A stretch of DNA of 64,000 nt from Acetobacteraceae bacterium (lineage in GTDB: Bacteria; Pseudomonadota; Alphaproteobacteria; Acetobacterales; Acetobacteraceae), in contig JBGPND010000001.1 of NCBI GenBank assembly GCA_041487355.1, positions 17,791 to 81,790 on the forward strand. Reading direction: 5' to 3'. Under the pieces are notes generated by a model. It was not told the origin of the DNA and did not search any database. It worked only from the letters and a program-made list of their open reading frames with translations. Below, piece after piece: positions 45,788 to 54,496 of the stretch; position 1 is the first letter of the stretch, and each line of letters begins with the position of its first letter. Both the position numbers and the translations under genes were made by a program.

Positions 45788-46081
45788 GTGATGCGTCAGT
45801 TCATCATAGCGGCCGCGATGGCGATGGGACTCATCGCGCTCTGGGCGGCGATCCTGCCGCTCACCGCGCAGCCGGCCCCGAACCCGGTCACCGCCACCTC
45901 CCCTGCATTGTCCAAGGCGCTGTTCCTATGCCGCGGACCGAATGGCATCGATCGCGCGTGCGCCGCCGCGCTCGCCCGGGCCTTGGTGATCGAGCAACCC
46001 GGCCGTACCGCGGCACAAGCCGAAGGCCGCTCCTGCCGCACCGACCCCGCGCTGTTCGCGAGCCTCGAGCGGCGCGACTGA
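45788..46081 (+). CDS. hypothetical secreted protein (4 Cys)
   Basis: AAGGAGAA RBS upstream, signal peptide MMRQFIIAAAMAMGLIALWAAILPLTAQ, strong GC3 bias. I recognise no family. Confidence 0.5.
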   Translation: MMRQFIIAAAMAMGLIALWAAILPLTAQPAPNPVTATSPALSKALFLCRGPNGIDRACAAALARALVIEQPGRTAAQAEGRSCRTDPALFASLERRD

Positions 46082-47057
46082 GCGTCCGAGCCCGCCTGAC
46101 GGCCGCGTCGCTCTGCGTCATCCAACCTGCCCAGGCGCAGCCCCGGTTGCCCGACGGTCCCGGCAAGACGGTCGTCGAGACCGCGTGCCTCGGCTGCCAC
46201 GAACCGGTCCGCATAAGCAATGCGGGCTACAACCGGCAGGACTGGCAGAACGTCGTGCACATGATGCTCAACGTCGGGGCGCCCGTGCCGCCGGACCAAG
46301 TCGGCGTGCTCACCGAGTATCTGGTGAAGAACTTCCCGGAGAAGCCCGAGCCGGCGCCGTCGATCATCGCCGGCAACGCGGAGGTTGCAATCAAGGAGTG
46401 GGTGGTTCCCACGGCAGGCGCGCGCCCGCATGATCCGCTCGCCTATGCGGACGGCTCGATCTGGTTCACCGGCAACTTCGCCGGCTACATCGGCAAGCTC
46501 GATCCGAAGACGGGGAAGTTCACCGAGTACTCGCTGCCGGATTCGAAGGCGCGCGATCCGCACACGCCGAAGTCGAACCCGTGTGGCATGGTGATCACCT
46601 CGCAGGACATCCCGTGGTTCTGCGAGTTCGGCTCCAACAGGCTGGCAAGCATTGATCCCGAGACGATGGCGATCCACGAGCATGTGCTGCCGAATGCCGC
46701 GAGCCGTCCGCGCCGTACGCCATCACGCCCGATGACGTCATCTGGTACTCCGACTATGCACGCGGCTATCTCGGCCGGTTCGATACGAAGACGAGCGAGG
46801 TGCAGGAGTTTCCTTCTCCGGGCGGGCCAAACTCGCTGCCGTACGGCAGCGTGTACCTGAAAGGCGCCGTCTGGTACAGCGAGGCAGGCGTGCGTCCCAA
46901 CACGCTGGTCCGCTTCGATCCGGCGACCGGAAAATTCCAGACCTGGCCGATCCCTTCGGGTGGCGGCGTCGTGCGCAACATGACGGTGACGCGCGACGGC
47001 AACATCGCGATGGCCGAGAGCGGCGTGAACCGCGTCGCGCTGGTGGAGGTGAAGTAG
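46078..47057 (+). pseudogene. cytochrome c domain + Vgb-like beta-propeller protein, frameshifted
   Basis: CLGCH heme motif at about 46185. Propeller repeats (...GSIWFTG..., ...IPWFCEF...) run in the 45733 frame up to ...ASRPRR. The sequence continues as YAITPDDVIWYSDYARGYLGRFD...EFPSPGG... in the frame of ORF 46800-47057. The shift is at about 46716-46720. No ATG/GTG/TTG precedes the signal-like SVRARLTAASLCVIQPAQA; only CTG 46078 does. Confidence 0.6.
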
Positions 47058-47135
47058 CCGGCAACGAGGCTGCGCCTGATGCGACTCGTGCGCCTGTGCT
47101 AGAGCACGTTCAGCATAACTGGAGTTTTGCTGGAA

Positions 47136-47223
47136 TGATGGGTATCGCTGCGCTCAACCCATCCTACGCCTATGCCGCAACGCCGCAGCCCGTAGGATGG
47201 GTTGAGCGCAGCGATACCCATCA
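47136..47223. repeat. palindromic REP, family C (GTAGGATGGGTTGAGCGCAGCGATACCCATC arms)
   Basis: Perfect 31-nt inverted arms. It is related in design to family B, but the GTAGG ends face inward. Confidence 0.9.
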
Positions 47224-47309
47224 CGACTGGCGACGCTTGCTTGCGTTTCCAGTCACCCTGAACCCGCTATAGCCTTGATCGCTTGCGAACGGCACCGAGG
47301 TGCAAGCCC

Positions 47310-47540
47310 ATGCAGTGTGAATCGTGCGGCGATGCGATGGAGCAGGAAATCGTCGCTGTCGAGGTCGTGATCGCCGGCCGTCGTGCATCGATCGATCAGC
47401 CAGGCTGGTATTGCTGGTCCTGCAAGCTTGGCACGCATTCGGCCGGCGACCTCGCGATCGCCGAGGATGCGCTCGTCGCATTGCTGGGCAAGCGCCGTCA
47501 GCTCAGGCCCGGGCAGGCTGCACTGGTGCGGCGCGGCTGA
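47310..47540 (+). CDS. YgiT/MqsA-N-type zinc-finger protein (no HTH domain)
   Basis: MQCESCGDAMEQEIVAVEVVIAGRRASIDQPGWYCWSCKLG has the same CxxC...CxxC layout as the MqsA N-terminal domain; 76 aa from ATG 47310. Confidence 0.45.
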   Translation: MQCESCGDAMEQEIVAVEVVIAGRRASIDQPGWYCWSCKLGTHSAGDLAIAEDALVALLGKRRQLRPGQAALVRRG

Positions 47541-47550
47541 ACCACGCGCG

Positions 47551-47754
47551 CTATCGCAACAGCACGGTGGCGACGAACACGCAACAGGCCAGCAGATAGA
47601 GCACCAGCAGCACGAGCCTGATCGTGCCGGCATGGTCGCGCAGACCCGGCGCCATGCCGACCGCGATGAACAATGCCATCGCCACGCCCGTCACGATCTG
47701 TGCCGCCCGCATATCCTCGCCGGAAACGGCACTGAACAGCGTCACGCCCCTCAC
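47551..47754 (-). CDS. small hypothetical membrane protein
   Basis: 67-aa ORF with two hydrophobic segments (IVTGVAMALFIAVGMA and LVLLVLYLLACCVFVATVLL). Support is weak. Confidence 0.3.
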   Translation of the reverse strand: MRGVTLFSAVSGEDMRAAQIVTGVAMALFIAVGMAPGLRDHAGTIRLVLLVLYLLACCVFVATVLLR

Positions 47755-47825
47755 CCTCCAACCCGCCGCGGGTTATTGTCACTCTCGGGCGAGCGACGGT
47801 CCAGGCAACAGAACGGAGAGACGCA

Positions 47826-49856
47826 ATGCGACGGTTGACACTGGCGTTTCTGCTGCTCGGCGCAGCCCCGGCATTCGCCGCGGATCTCTCCCTCAAGCGG
47901 GTGATGCTATCTTCCGCCGGTGTCGGCTACTTCGAATACGAGGCCGAGGTGGACGGCCCGACCCAGCTCGGCCTCGATGTGCCGCTCGACCAGGTAGACG
48001 ATGTGCTGACGTCGCTGGTGGTGTTCGACAGCGCCGGCGGCGTCGGCACCGTGGAACTGCCTGGACGCGACAACACGCGCGCGAGCTTTGGCGATGTGCC
48101 GTTCGGCCCCGAGGCGCTGCGCTCGGATGTCGACTACCTGAACAGCCTGCAGGGTGTCGAGATCGCGGTGCAGGGCCCGCGTCCGATGACCGGACGCATC
48201 GTGCATGCCGAGCGCGTCGCCGAAGCGCTGCCGGTGGCACCAGGTCAGCCGCAGACGACAGTGCAGCGGACCCGCGTCACCCTGCTCGGCGCCGAGGGCA
48301 TGCGGCAGTTCGTGCTGGAGGAAGCCGACAGTATCCAGGTCACCGACCCCGCGCTGCGCGCGCGCATTGGGCAGGCGCTGGACTCGCTCCGCCGCGAAGC
48401 AAACCAGAGCCTGCGCCATGTCACGCTGCGCAGCACCGGTGCCGGCCACCGCACGGTGCGCGTCGGATACGTCGCCGCGGCACCGTTGTGGAAGGCGTCG
48501 TACCGGCTGGTGCTGCCGGCGAAGGATGGCGATCCCGCGCGTCTGCAAGGCTGGGCGGTGCTGGAGAACCAGTCAGGCGCCAACTGGGACGGCGTCGCGC
48601 TCACCCTGCAATACGGCAACCCGGTCACGTTCCGGCAGGCGATCTACCAGAGCTATTTCGTGCAGCGGCCGGAGGTGCCGGTGGAGATCCTCGGCCGCAT
48701 CCTGCCGAGCGTCGATACGCGCGCCCGCCCGGCGGAGGTCGCGGCGGCGAAGGCCGCGCCCGCGCCGCCGTCCGGCGCGCGTGGCTTCGCCGCGACAGCC
48801 GCGCCGGCACCGATGGCGATGGCGCCGCCGCATGCCGAGGTCATGGCACAAGCCGCCGATCAGGTGCAGGCCGCCGAGGGCGCGGAAGAGACGATCTTCC
48901 AGCTTCCCACTCCGGTTGTGCTCGCCGCCGGCCACACCGCCAGCGTGCCGATCATCGACCGCAGCATTCCCGCCGAGCGCCTGGATTTCGCCGCTGGCAG
49001 CGATGCGCATCCGCTCTCCGCGATCCGGATCACCAACGACACCGGCGCGTCGATGCCCGCCGGTGTGCTGACGCTGTACGACGCCTCGGGCGCCGCGACC
49101 TTCGCCGGCGACGCCAGGCTTGGCGGGCTGCCCGTTGGCGAGCGCAGGCTGCTGTCCTTCGCGCAGGACCTGCGCACCACGGTCGAGCGCAACGGCACGC
49201 AGCAGACGACGCTCGCCTCGCTGACCGCCGCCGAAGGCGTGCTGCACATCACCACCCGGCTGCGCGAGGTGCTGCGCGTCACGATCACCGCGCCGGCGAA
49301 TGGCTCGCCGGAAACGGCGAGCCGTCGCGTTCTGCTGGAAATTCCCAAGGACGGCGACCGCACGCTGACGCTGGAAGGCGGCCCCATGCCGGGCATCGAG
49401 GAGACCGCAACCGCGTGGCGCCTGCCGGTCTCGCTGAAACCGGGCGAAGTGCGCAAGCTCACGGCCTATATCGACCGGCTCGAGCGCGAGCAGACGACGT
49501 TGCTGGGCGACGATGCGCAGGTGGTGGTGCGGCTGCTGAACGAGCAGACGCTGACGCCGTCCGCGCGCACCGCGTTGCAGCGCCTGGCCTCACTGCGTCA
49601 GGACGAAGCGGCGAAGCGGACGGTGGTGAACCAGCTCAAGGCACAGCAGGCGGCGATCCTGCAGGACGAGGACCGCATCCGGCGCAACCTGGCCGCCGTC
49701 GCGGCGAACGACGCACTGCACGCCAGGCTGACGCGCGCGCTGGATGCCGACGAAACGAAGCTCGACCAGCTCAGCCAGGCGATCGAGCCGGCCACCGCCA
49801 CCGCCGACAGGGCGCACCAGGCGCTGGCCGACGCCGCGGCGTCACTGAAGTTGTGA
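47826..49856 (+). CDS. DUF4139 domain-containing secreted protein (MuiA-like)
   Basis: Signal MRRLTLAFLLLGAAPAFA. ...AAPLWKASYRLVLP...LQGWAVLENQSGANWDGVALTL... matches the DUF4139 core as I recall it. A coiled-coil tail follows; 676 aa. Confidence 0.7.
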   Translation: MRRLTLAFLLLGAAPAFAADLSLKRVMLSSAGVGYFEYEAEVDGPTQLGLDVPLDQVDDVLTSLVVFDSAGGVGTVELPGRDNTRASFGDVPFGPEALRSDVDYLNSLQGVEIAVQGPRPMTGRIVHAERVAEALPVAPGQPQTTVQRTRVTLLGAEGMRQFVLEEADSIQVTDPALRARIGQALDSLRREANQSLRHVTLRSTGAGHRTVRVGYVAAAPLWKASYRLVLPAKDGDPARLQGWAVLENQSGANWDGVALTLQYGNPVTFRQAIYQSYFVQRPEVPVEILGRILPSVDTRARPAEVAAAKAAPAPPSGARGFAATAAPAPMAMAPPHAEVMAQAADQVQAAEGAEETIFQLPTPVVLAAGHTASVPIIDRSIPAERLDFAAGSDAHPLSAIRITNDTGASMPAGVLTLYDASGAATFAGDARLGGLPVGERRLLSFAQDLRTTVERNGTQQTTLASLTAAEGVLHITTRLREVLRVTITAPANGSPETASRRVLLEIPKDGDRTLTLEGGPMPGIEETATAWRLPVSLKPGEVRKLTAYIDRLEREQTTLLGDDAQVVVRLLNEQTLTPSARTALQRLASLRQDEAAKRTVVNQLKAQQAAILQDEDRIRRNLAAVAANDALHARLTRALDADETKLDQLSQAIEPATATADRAHQALADAAASLKL

Positions 49857-49991
49857 AGCGGCGGGCGTAGGCTGCGCCGAAGATCCCAGTGAGGCAAACC
49901 GGCGTCCGGTCCGGTCACCTTCACGGTTTGGTAGTTGGTGGAACCGCATCCATCGTACAGGCATAATCGGGACGATTGGGGCACTTGATTG

Positions 49992-50264
49992 ATGCCTGTC
50001 GAGAGTTCAGCCCAACGGATCGTATTCGGGACGACGCCCAATGCGACTGAACATGCATTCCGTCACATTGATGCCCTTGGGCTGGACAGGAGTCACATCA
50101 TGCGGGCGATCATGAGCGATCTGGAGCCGAGCTTGCCCTTGCAAGTGCCAGCGAATGGCCTCCCATTCCAGGGATATGTCACGGTGGAAGGTTTGTGGCC
50201 AAGGTATCATGCGTTCCCTCCGGCTGGTGGTGTCGTAAATGTTGGCAGAATCACGCCATCGTAA
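49992..50264 (+). CDS. small hypothetical protein, possible stand-alone toxin domain
   Basis: 90 aa from ATG 49992, with an in-frame TGA at 49986-49988. ...TEHAFRHIDALGLDRSHIMRAIMSDL... is reminiscent of the HA..R...G.s...i motif of DUF4258-type toxins (from memory). The region is AT-richer. Confidence 0.4.
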   Translation: MPVESSAQRIVFGTTPNATEHAFRHIDALGLDRSHIMRAIMSDLEPSLPLQVPANGLPFQGYVTVEGLWPRYHAFPPAGGVVNVGRITPS

Positions 50265-50316
50265 GTCATTGTCTCCACGCCATCTTCGGAAGGGCGAGAG
50301 AGTGCTTATCACAAAA

Positions 50317-50622
50317 ATGGTGCGAGGGACGCCCTTCGAGGATCGGATCCTGCATGACATCGCTCATTCCCTGGTCGAGGACATGAACGATGGCGGCATG
50401 GGAAGTATCCGTTTCCGGAACGGTCAGCAAGGCAAGCGTCTCTTTGCGCGCCAGGTGAGCGAGGCCACTTTTGTTGACGAAGACGGGGTAGTCGTTTCTG
50501 CGACCCTCAATCTGGACCAATATGGGAAGCTCTTCGAATTGGACCTGTGGAAGGTGGATAATTCGAAGCTGCGCAGATATCCGGCGCCAGGTGACGTAAA
50601 CGTGCTCCGCACCGAACGCTGA
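50317..50622 (+). CDS. small hypothetical protein, possible immunity protein
   Basis: 101 aa from ATG 50317. ...VVVSATLNLDQYGKLFELDLWKVDNSKLRRYP... resembles the ...ELD.WKVD..PL...P tail of immunity proteins found next to polymorphic toxins (DUF6984-like, from memory). Confidence 0.45.
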   Translation: MVRGTPFEDRILHDIAHSLVEDMNDGGMGSIRFRNGQQGKRLFARQVSEATFVDEDGVVVSATLNLDQYGKLFELDLWKVDNSKLRRYPAPGDVNVLRTER

Positions 50623-50729
50623 ACGCGTCGCCGCTGCCTGGCCGCGGCCCGGCGCGCCGAAGGCCCGTGCGACACCAACCGGCGCGCATAGCTTCTTAAC
50701 CGGACCGCAAGGGTTTCGGCGCAATCCTT

Positions 50730-51845
50730 GTGGCCATGGCGTCATCCCTTACGCACGCCGACGTTGCGCGTCTGCTGGCGGAGCCTTCGGTTTCGGTTCG
50801 CGCCGAGGTGGCGGACAAGCTCGCGCGCGAGATCGACAGCATGCTGCTGACCGAGACCGAGCTCCAGATCGCCCATGACATCGTCCGGGCCATGGCAAAG
50901 GACGTCGAGCTGGCGGTGCGGCGCGCGCTGTCGCACAGCCTGCGGCGTGCGCGGCATCTGCCCCACGATGTGGCGGTGCGGCTTGCCAATGACGTGGAGG
51001 CGGTGGCGCTGCCGATCCTCACCGAGTCCCCGGTCCTGACCGACGCAGACCTGGTCGAAATCGTCCAGCACGGTTCGGGTAGGAAGCAGGAGGCGATTGC
51101 CGGGCGCGGCGATGTCTCCGAGCAGGTCGCCGATGCGCTGGTGAAGCAGGCCGGTGAGGCCGCGGTTGCGGTGCTGATGGGCAACGCGACGGCGCGTATC
51201 GCCGAGGCGAGCCTGGGAACCGCGATCGATCGCTTTGCCGACAGCGATCGCGTCAAGGCGAGCATGGTCCACCGCGCCGATCTGCCGGTGACGATAGCCG
51301 AACGCCTCGTCGTCATGGTGTCGGACAAGCTTCAGGCCCATCTCGTCAGCCATCACGAACTGCCGGTCTCGCTCGCCACCGACATCGTGCTGCAAAGCCG
51401 CGAGCGCGCCACGCTGCATCTCAGCCTCGGCTCCAGCGAGCAGGAGCTGGAACGGCTGGTGCGGCAGATGCATCGCAACCAGCGTCTCACGCCGCTCCTG
51501 GTGCTGCGCGCGCTGTGCCTGGGCGATTTTGCGTTCTTCGAGGCGGCGATGGCGGTCATGGCCAAGGTGCCGGCGATGAACGCGCGCATCCTGATCCACG
51601 ACGCCGGCCCGAACGGTCTCACCTCGCTGTGTGAAAAGGCCGGCATGCCGCCGCGCCTGTTGCCCGCGGTGCGGGTCGCCGTCGATGTGGTGCGCGGCAC
51701 CGAGTTCGACGGCGGTGAGCGCGACCGCGAGCGCTACCGTTCCCGGGTGATCACCCGTATCCTGACGCAGTTCGAGGACCTGCCGCAGGAGGATCTTGAC
51801 TATCTGCTGGACAAGCTTGGCGACGTGCTGACCGTTGCGGCATAG
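50730..51845 (+). CDS. DUF2336 domain-containing protein
   Basis: 371 aa, all-helical repeat protein typical of the alphaproteobacterial DUF2336 family (assignment from memory). Confidence 0.55.
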   Translation: MAMASSLTHADVARLLAEPSVSVRAEVADKLAREIDSMLLTETELQIAHDIVRAMAKDVELAVRRALSHSLRRARHLPHDVAVRLANDVEAVALPILTESPVLTDADLVEIVQHGSGRKQEAIAGRGDVSEQVADALVKQAGEAAVAVLMGNATARIAEASLGTAIDRFADSDRVKASMVHRADLPVTIAERLVVMVSDKLQAHLVSHHELPVSLATDIVLQSRERATLHLSLGSSEQELERLVRQMHRNQRLTPLLVLRALCLGDFAFFEAAMAVMAKVPAMNARILIHDAGPNGLTSLCEKAGMPPRLLPAVRVAVDVVRGTEFDGGERDRERYRSRVITRILTQFEDLPQEDLDYLLDKLGDVLTVAA

Positions 51846-51942
51846 TGGCAGCGGAATTGGGCGGTGCGCGGGCTACGAAGAAAGCCAGGCTCCACACCAA
51901 GAACACCGAGAACCGCTCAAGGTCCGCCGCGGCTGACATCAG

Positions 51943-52776
51943 ATGAAAGCGGCTGATTTCGTCGTCACCGCGCGGCCGCGCCTTGCCGCAATCAAGCGCT
52001 TCCCAGTCGTCGAGTTCGCCGACTATGAGCGCCGGCTGGGTGCGATGCAGGAGACCCTGCAGCTCGTGCAGCAGGCCTATCTGGGCACCTCGCATCGCGC
52101 CGTGATCGTGCTGGAAGGCTGGGACACCGCGGGCAAGGGCGGCGTGGTGCGGCGGCTCGGTTGGGCGCTCGACCCGCGCAGCTTCAAGGTGCATGCGATC
52201 GCCGCACCCAACGGGCGGGAAAAGTCGCTGCACTACCTGCAACGCTTCTGGGAGCATCTGCCGCAGCATGGCCAGATCGTGGTGTTCGACCGCTCCTGGT
52301 ACGGCCGCGTGCTGGTCGAACGCGTCGAATCCTACGCAAGCCAGACGGAATGGCAGCGCGCCTACGACGAGATCAACGACTTCGAACGCATGCTGCTGGC
52401 CGACGGCATGCGTCTGGTGAAGCTGTTCCTCCACATCACGCCCGGGGAGCAGATGCGCCGGTTCCGCAATCGGCTGACCGATCCGCTGAAGCGCTGGAAG
52501 CTCTCGTATGAGGATATCCGCAACCGCCTGCGCTGGCAGGATTACGAGAAGGCGATCGAGGACATGATGGAGAAGACCTCCATCCGGCGCGCGCCCTGGC
52601 ATCTGGTGCCGGCCAACAACAAGCCGTTCGGCCGGCTGGCCGCATTCCGCATCATCGCCGATCGGCTGTCCAAGGGTGTCGCATTGGAGCCGCGCGCGCT
52701 CGATCCGAAGGTGGCGGAGGCCGCCGAGCAACTGCTCGGCATCGGGCTGCCGGCAGTCAACCATCACAGCCACTGA
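51943..52776 (+). CDS. polyphosphate kinase 2 family protein
   Basis: ...VIVLEGWDTAGKGG... (Walker A) and ...FDRSWY...; 277 aa. Confidence 0.88.
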   Translation: MKAADFVVTARPRLAAIKRFPVVEFADYERRLGAMQETLQLVQQAYLGTSHRAVIVLEGWDTAGKGGVVRRLGWALDPRSFKVHAIAAPNGREKSLHYLQRFWEHLPQHGQIVVFDRSWYGRVLVERVESYASQTEWQRAYDEINDFERMLLADGMRLVKLFLHITPGEQMRRFRNRLTDPLKRWKLSYEDIRNRLRWQDYEKAIEDMMEKTSIRRAPWHLVPANNKPFGRLAAFRIIADRLSKGVALEPRALDPKVAEAAEQLLGIGLPAVNHHSH

Positions 52777-52854
52777 ACTGGGTACGAACCGCTTTATTCG
52801 TCGTTAATCCGCAGCCGCTTCCGGCTTCGGCTCCGTACCAAGCTTGCCCTGCTG

Positions 52855-53189
52855 ATGGGACGGTCGGCGTTGGCGCTGGTCGCCTCGATCGGCACCGCGG
52901 CCTCACTGATGCATCAGCGAATGATCGATGGTCGCATCGACAAGCTGCGCGCCGTGGTCAACACGACGATCGGGTTCGCCAGATCGCCCGCAGCGTCAGC
53001 GAGACGGCATCGGCCGCCAACGAGATGGCCAGCCGCATCCATGAGGTCTCGGCCGAGGCGAGCGAGACCGGTCATCAGGCGGCCAAGGTGCGGGACGACA
53101 CCGGCACCCTCAGCGAAGCGGTGCACCAATTGCAACGGACCGTCGTCGAGGCTGTCCGCAACTCCATCCGCGAGGCCAGCCACGGCTGA
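52855..53189 (+). pseudogene. methyl-accepting chemotaxis protein remnant (N-terminal ~40 aa fused out of frame to C-terminal ~70 aa)
   Basis: The N-terminal frame reads ...TKLALLMGRSALALVASIGTAASLMHQRMIDGRIDKLRAVVNTTIGFA. From about 52975 a different frame reads VRQIARSVSETASAANEMASRIHEVSAEASETGHQAAKVRDDTGTLSEAVHQLQRTVVEAV...* (stop at 53187-53189). The HAMP and signalling domains are missing. Confidence 0.65.
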
Positions 53190-53215
53190 CAGTTGATCAG
53201 CCAGCCGACGAAGCT

Positions 53216-53995
53216 CTACCCCGCGACGATGTAGTCCATCCGGCCACCATCGACGGCCAGCACCTGGCCGGTCACCCATCCGGAGCCAGGAGCGGCGAAG
53301 AACGCCACCGCGTTGGCAATGTCCTCCGGCTCGCCGATGCGCCCCAGCATCGCCCGTTCGGAGAGGCGTCGTGCCACATCCTGCCATTCCTGGTCGGTGC
53401 GCCGGTTCTGCGCCATCTCGGTGCGGATGAATCCCGGCGCGACCGCGTTCACCGTAATGCCGCGCGGTCCGAGCTCCATGGCAAACCGCTTCGTCAGAAT
53501 CGCCACCTCGGCCTTGGTCGCGGCATAGAATGCATTGCCTGGCAGCGCCGTGCCGATGGCGGCGATCGAGGTGACGTTCACGATCCGCCCGTAGCGGCGC
53601 TCCCGCATGCCCGCCATGGTTGCGCGGATCGTGTGGATGACGCCATCGACATTGACCCGCCGCATGCGCTCCATCGCCGCCGGATCATAGGTTTCCAGGG
53701 TCGCCTGCAAGGAGACGCCGGCGTTGTTCACCAGGATGCTCACCGGCCCCAGCTCGCGGGTCGCACGTTCGATCATTTCTTCCACCTGCGCCGCATCGGC
53801 GACATCCGCGCGATGGGCGATCGCGCGGCCGCCTTCGGCACGGATTTCCTGCACGAGCGTCTCCGCGGCGTCGGCGCGCGCGACATAGTTCACGCAGACG
53901 GCAGCGCCTTGCCGGGCAAGACGCCGCGCAGTTGCCCTGCCGATGCCGCGCGCCGCCCCGGTCACCACCGCCACCTGATTTTGCCAAACCATCAT
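53216..53995 (-). CDS. SDR family oxidoreductase
   Basis: I chose ATG 53995 (MMVWQNQVAVVTGAARGIGRA...). NNAG and YAATKAEV are present; 259 aa. Confidence 0.88.
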   Translation of the reverse strand: MMVWQNQVAVVTGAARGIGRATARRLARQGAAVCVNYVARADAAETLVQEIRAEGGRAIAHRADVADAAQVEEMIERATRELGPVSILVNNAGVSLQATLETYDPAAMERMRRVNVDGVIHTIRATMAGMRERRYGRIVNVTSIAAIGTALPGNAFYAATKAEVAILTKRFAMELGPRGITVNAVAPGFIRTEMAQNRRTDQEWQDVARRLSERAMLGRIGEPEDIANAVAFFAAPGSGWVTGQVLAVDGGRMDYIVAG

Positions 53996-54219
53996 CCGTC
54001 TCCGTCCTGACCCGTCGCTGCGGTACAGGCGCAACATGCGTCGGGCATTCCGATCCGGCCAGGGCCAAATGAGGCTTTTTCGTGCCGACTCCGCCCGCTC
54101 GTGACTATGTTCCGGCGCGTTTCGGGCTGGAGCCCGACCCGCAGGCGCGGATGTTCCACTCACGCACTGGGATTTTGCGCGTCGTAGTGTATATGCAACA
54201 ATCCTGGAATCAATACAGA

Positions 54220-54456
54220 ATGACTGAAGCAATCAGTGGCTATTTGGTCGAGGAAAGGGTCGTCCAGGGAGAGACCGTCTGGGTGGCGATCCGCGCGCGC
54301 GGCGCCGAATGGTCCTGGCTGACGCCGGCGGAGGCCGCGCGGCTCGGCCGGCAATGGGTCGAGAAATATGGCAACCGGCAGGATGGCAGATCGGCCGTGA
54401 GCAGTGATGATGACACCGTGCCGGCCGCCTCCGCGGAATTGATCGCCGCCGAGTAG
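54220..54456 (+). CDS. small hypothetical protein
   Basis: MTEAISGYLVEERVVQGETVWVAIRARGAEWSWLTPAEAARLGRQWVEKYG... The start is uncertain (54193 or 54220). I recognise no family. Confidence 0.3.
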   Translation: MTEAISGYLVEERVVQGETVWVAIRARGAEWSWLTPAEAARLGRQWVEKYGNRQDGRSAVSSDDDTVPAASAELIAAE

Positions 54457-54496
54457 GGCATCGAGGCGGCGCTCGCCGCCCCGGCGCCCCGAGCGC

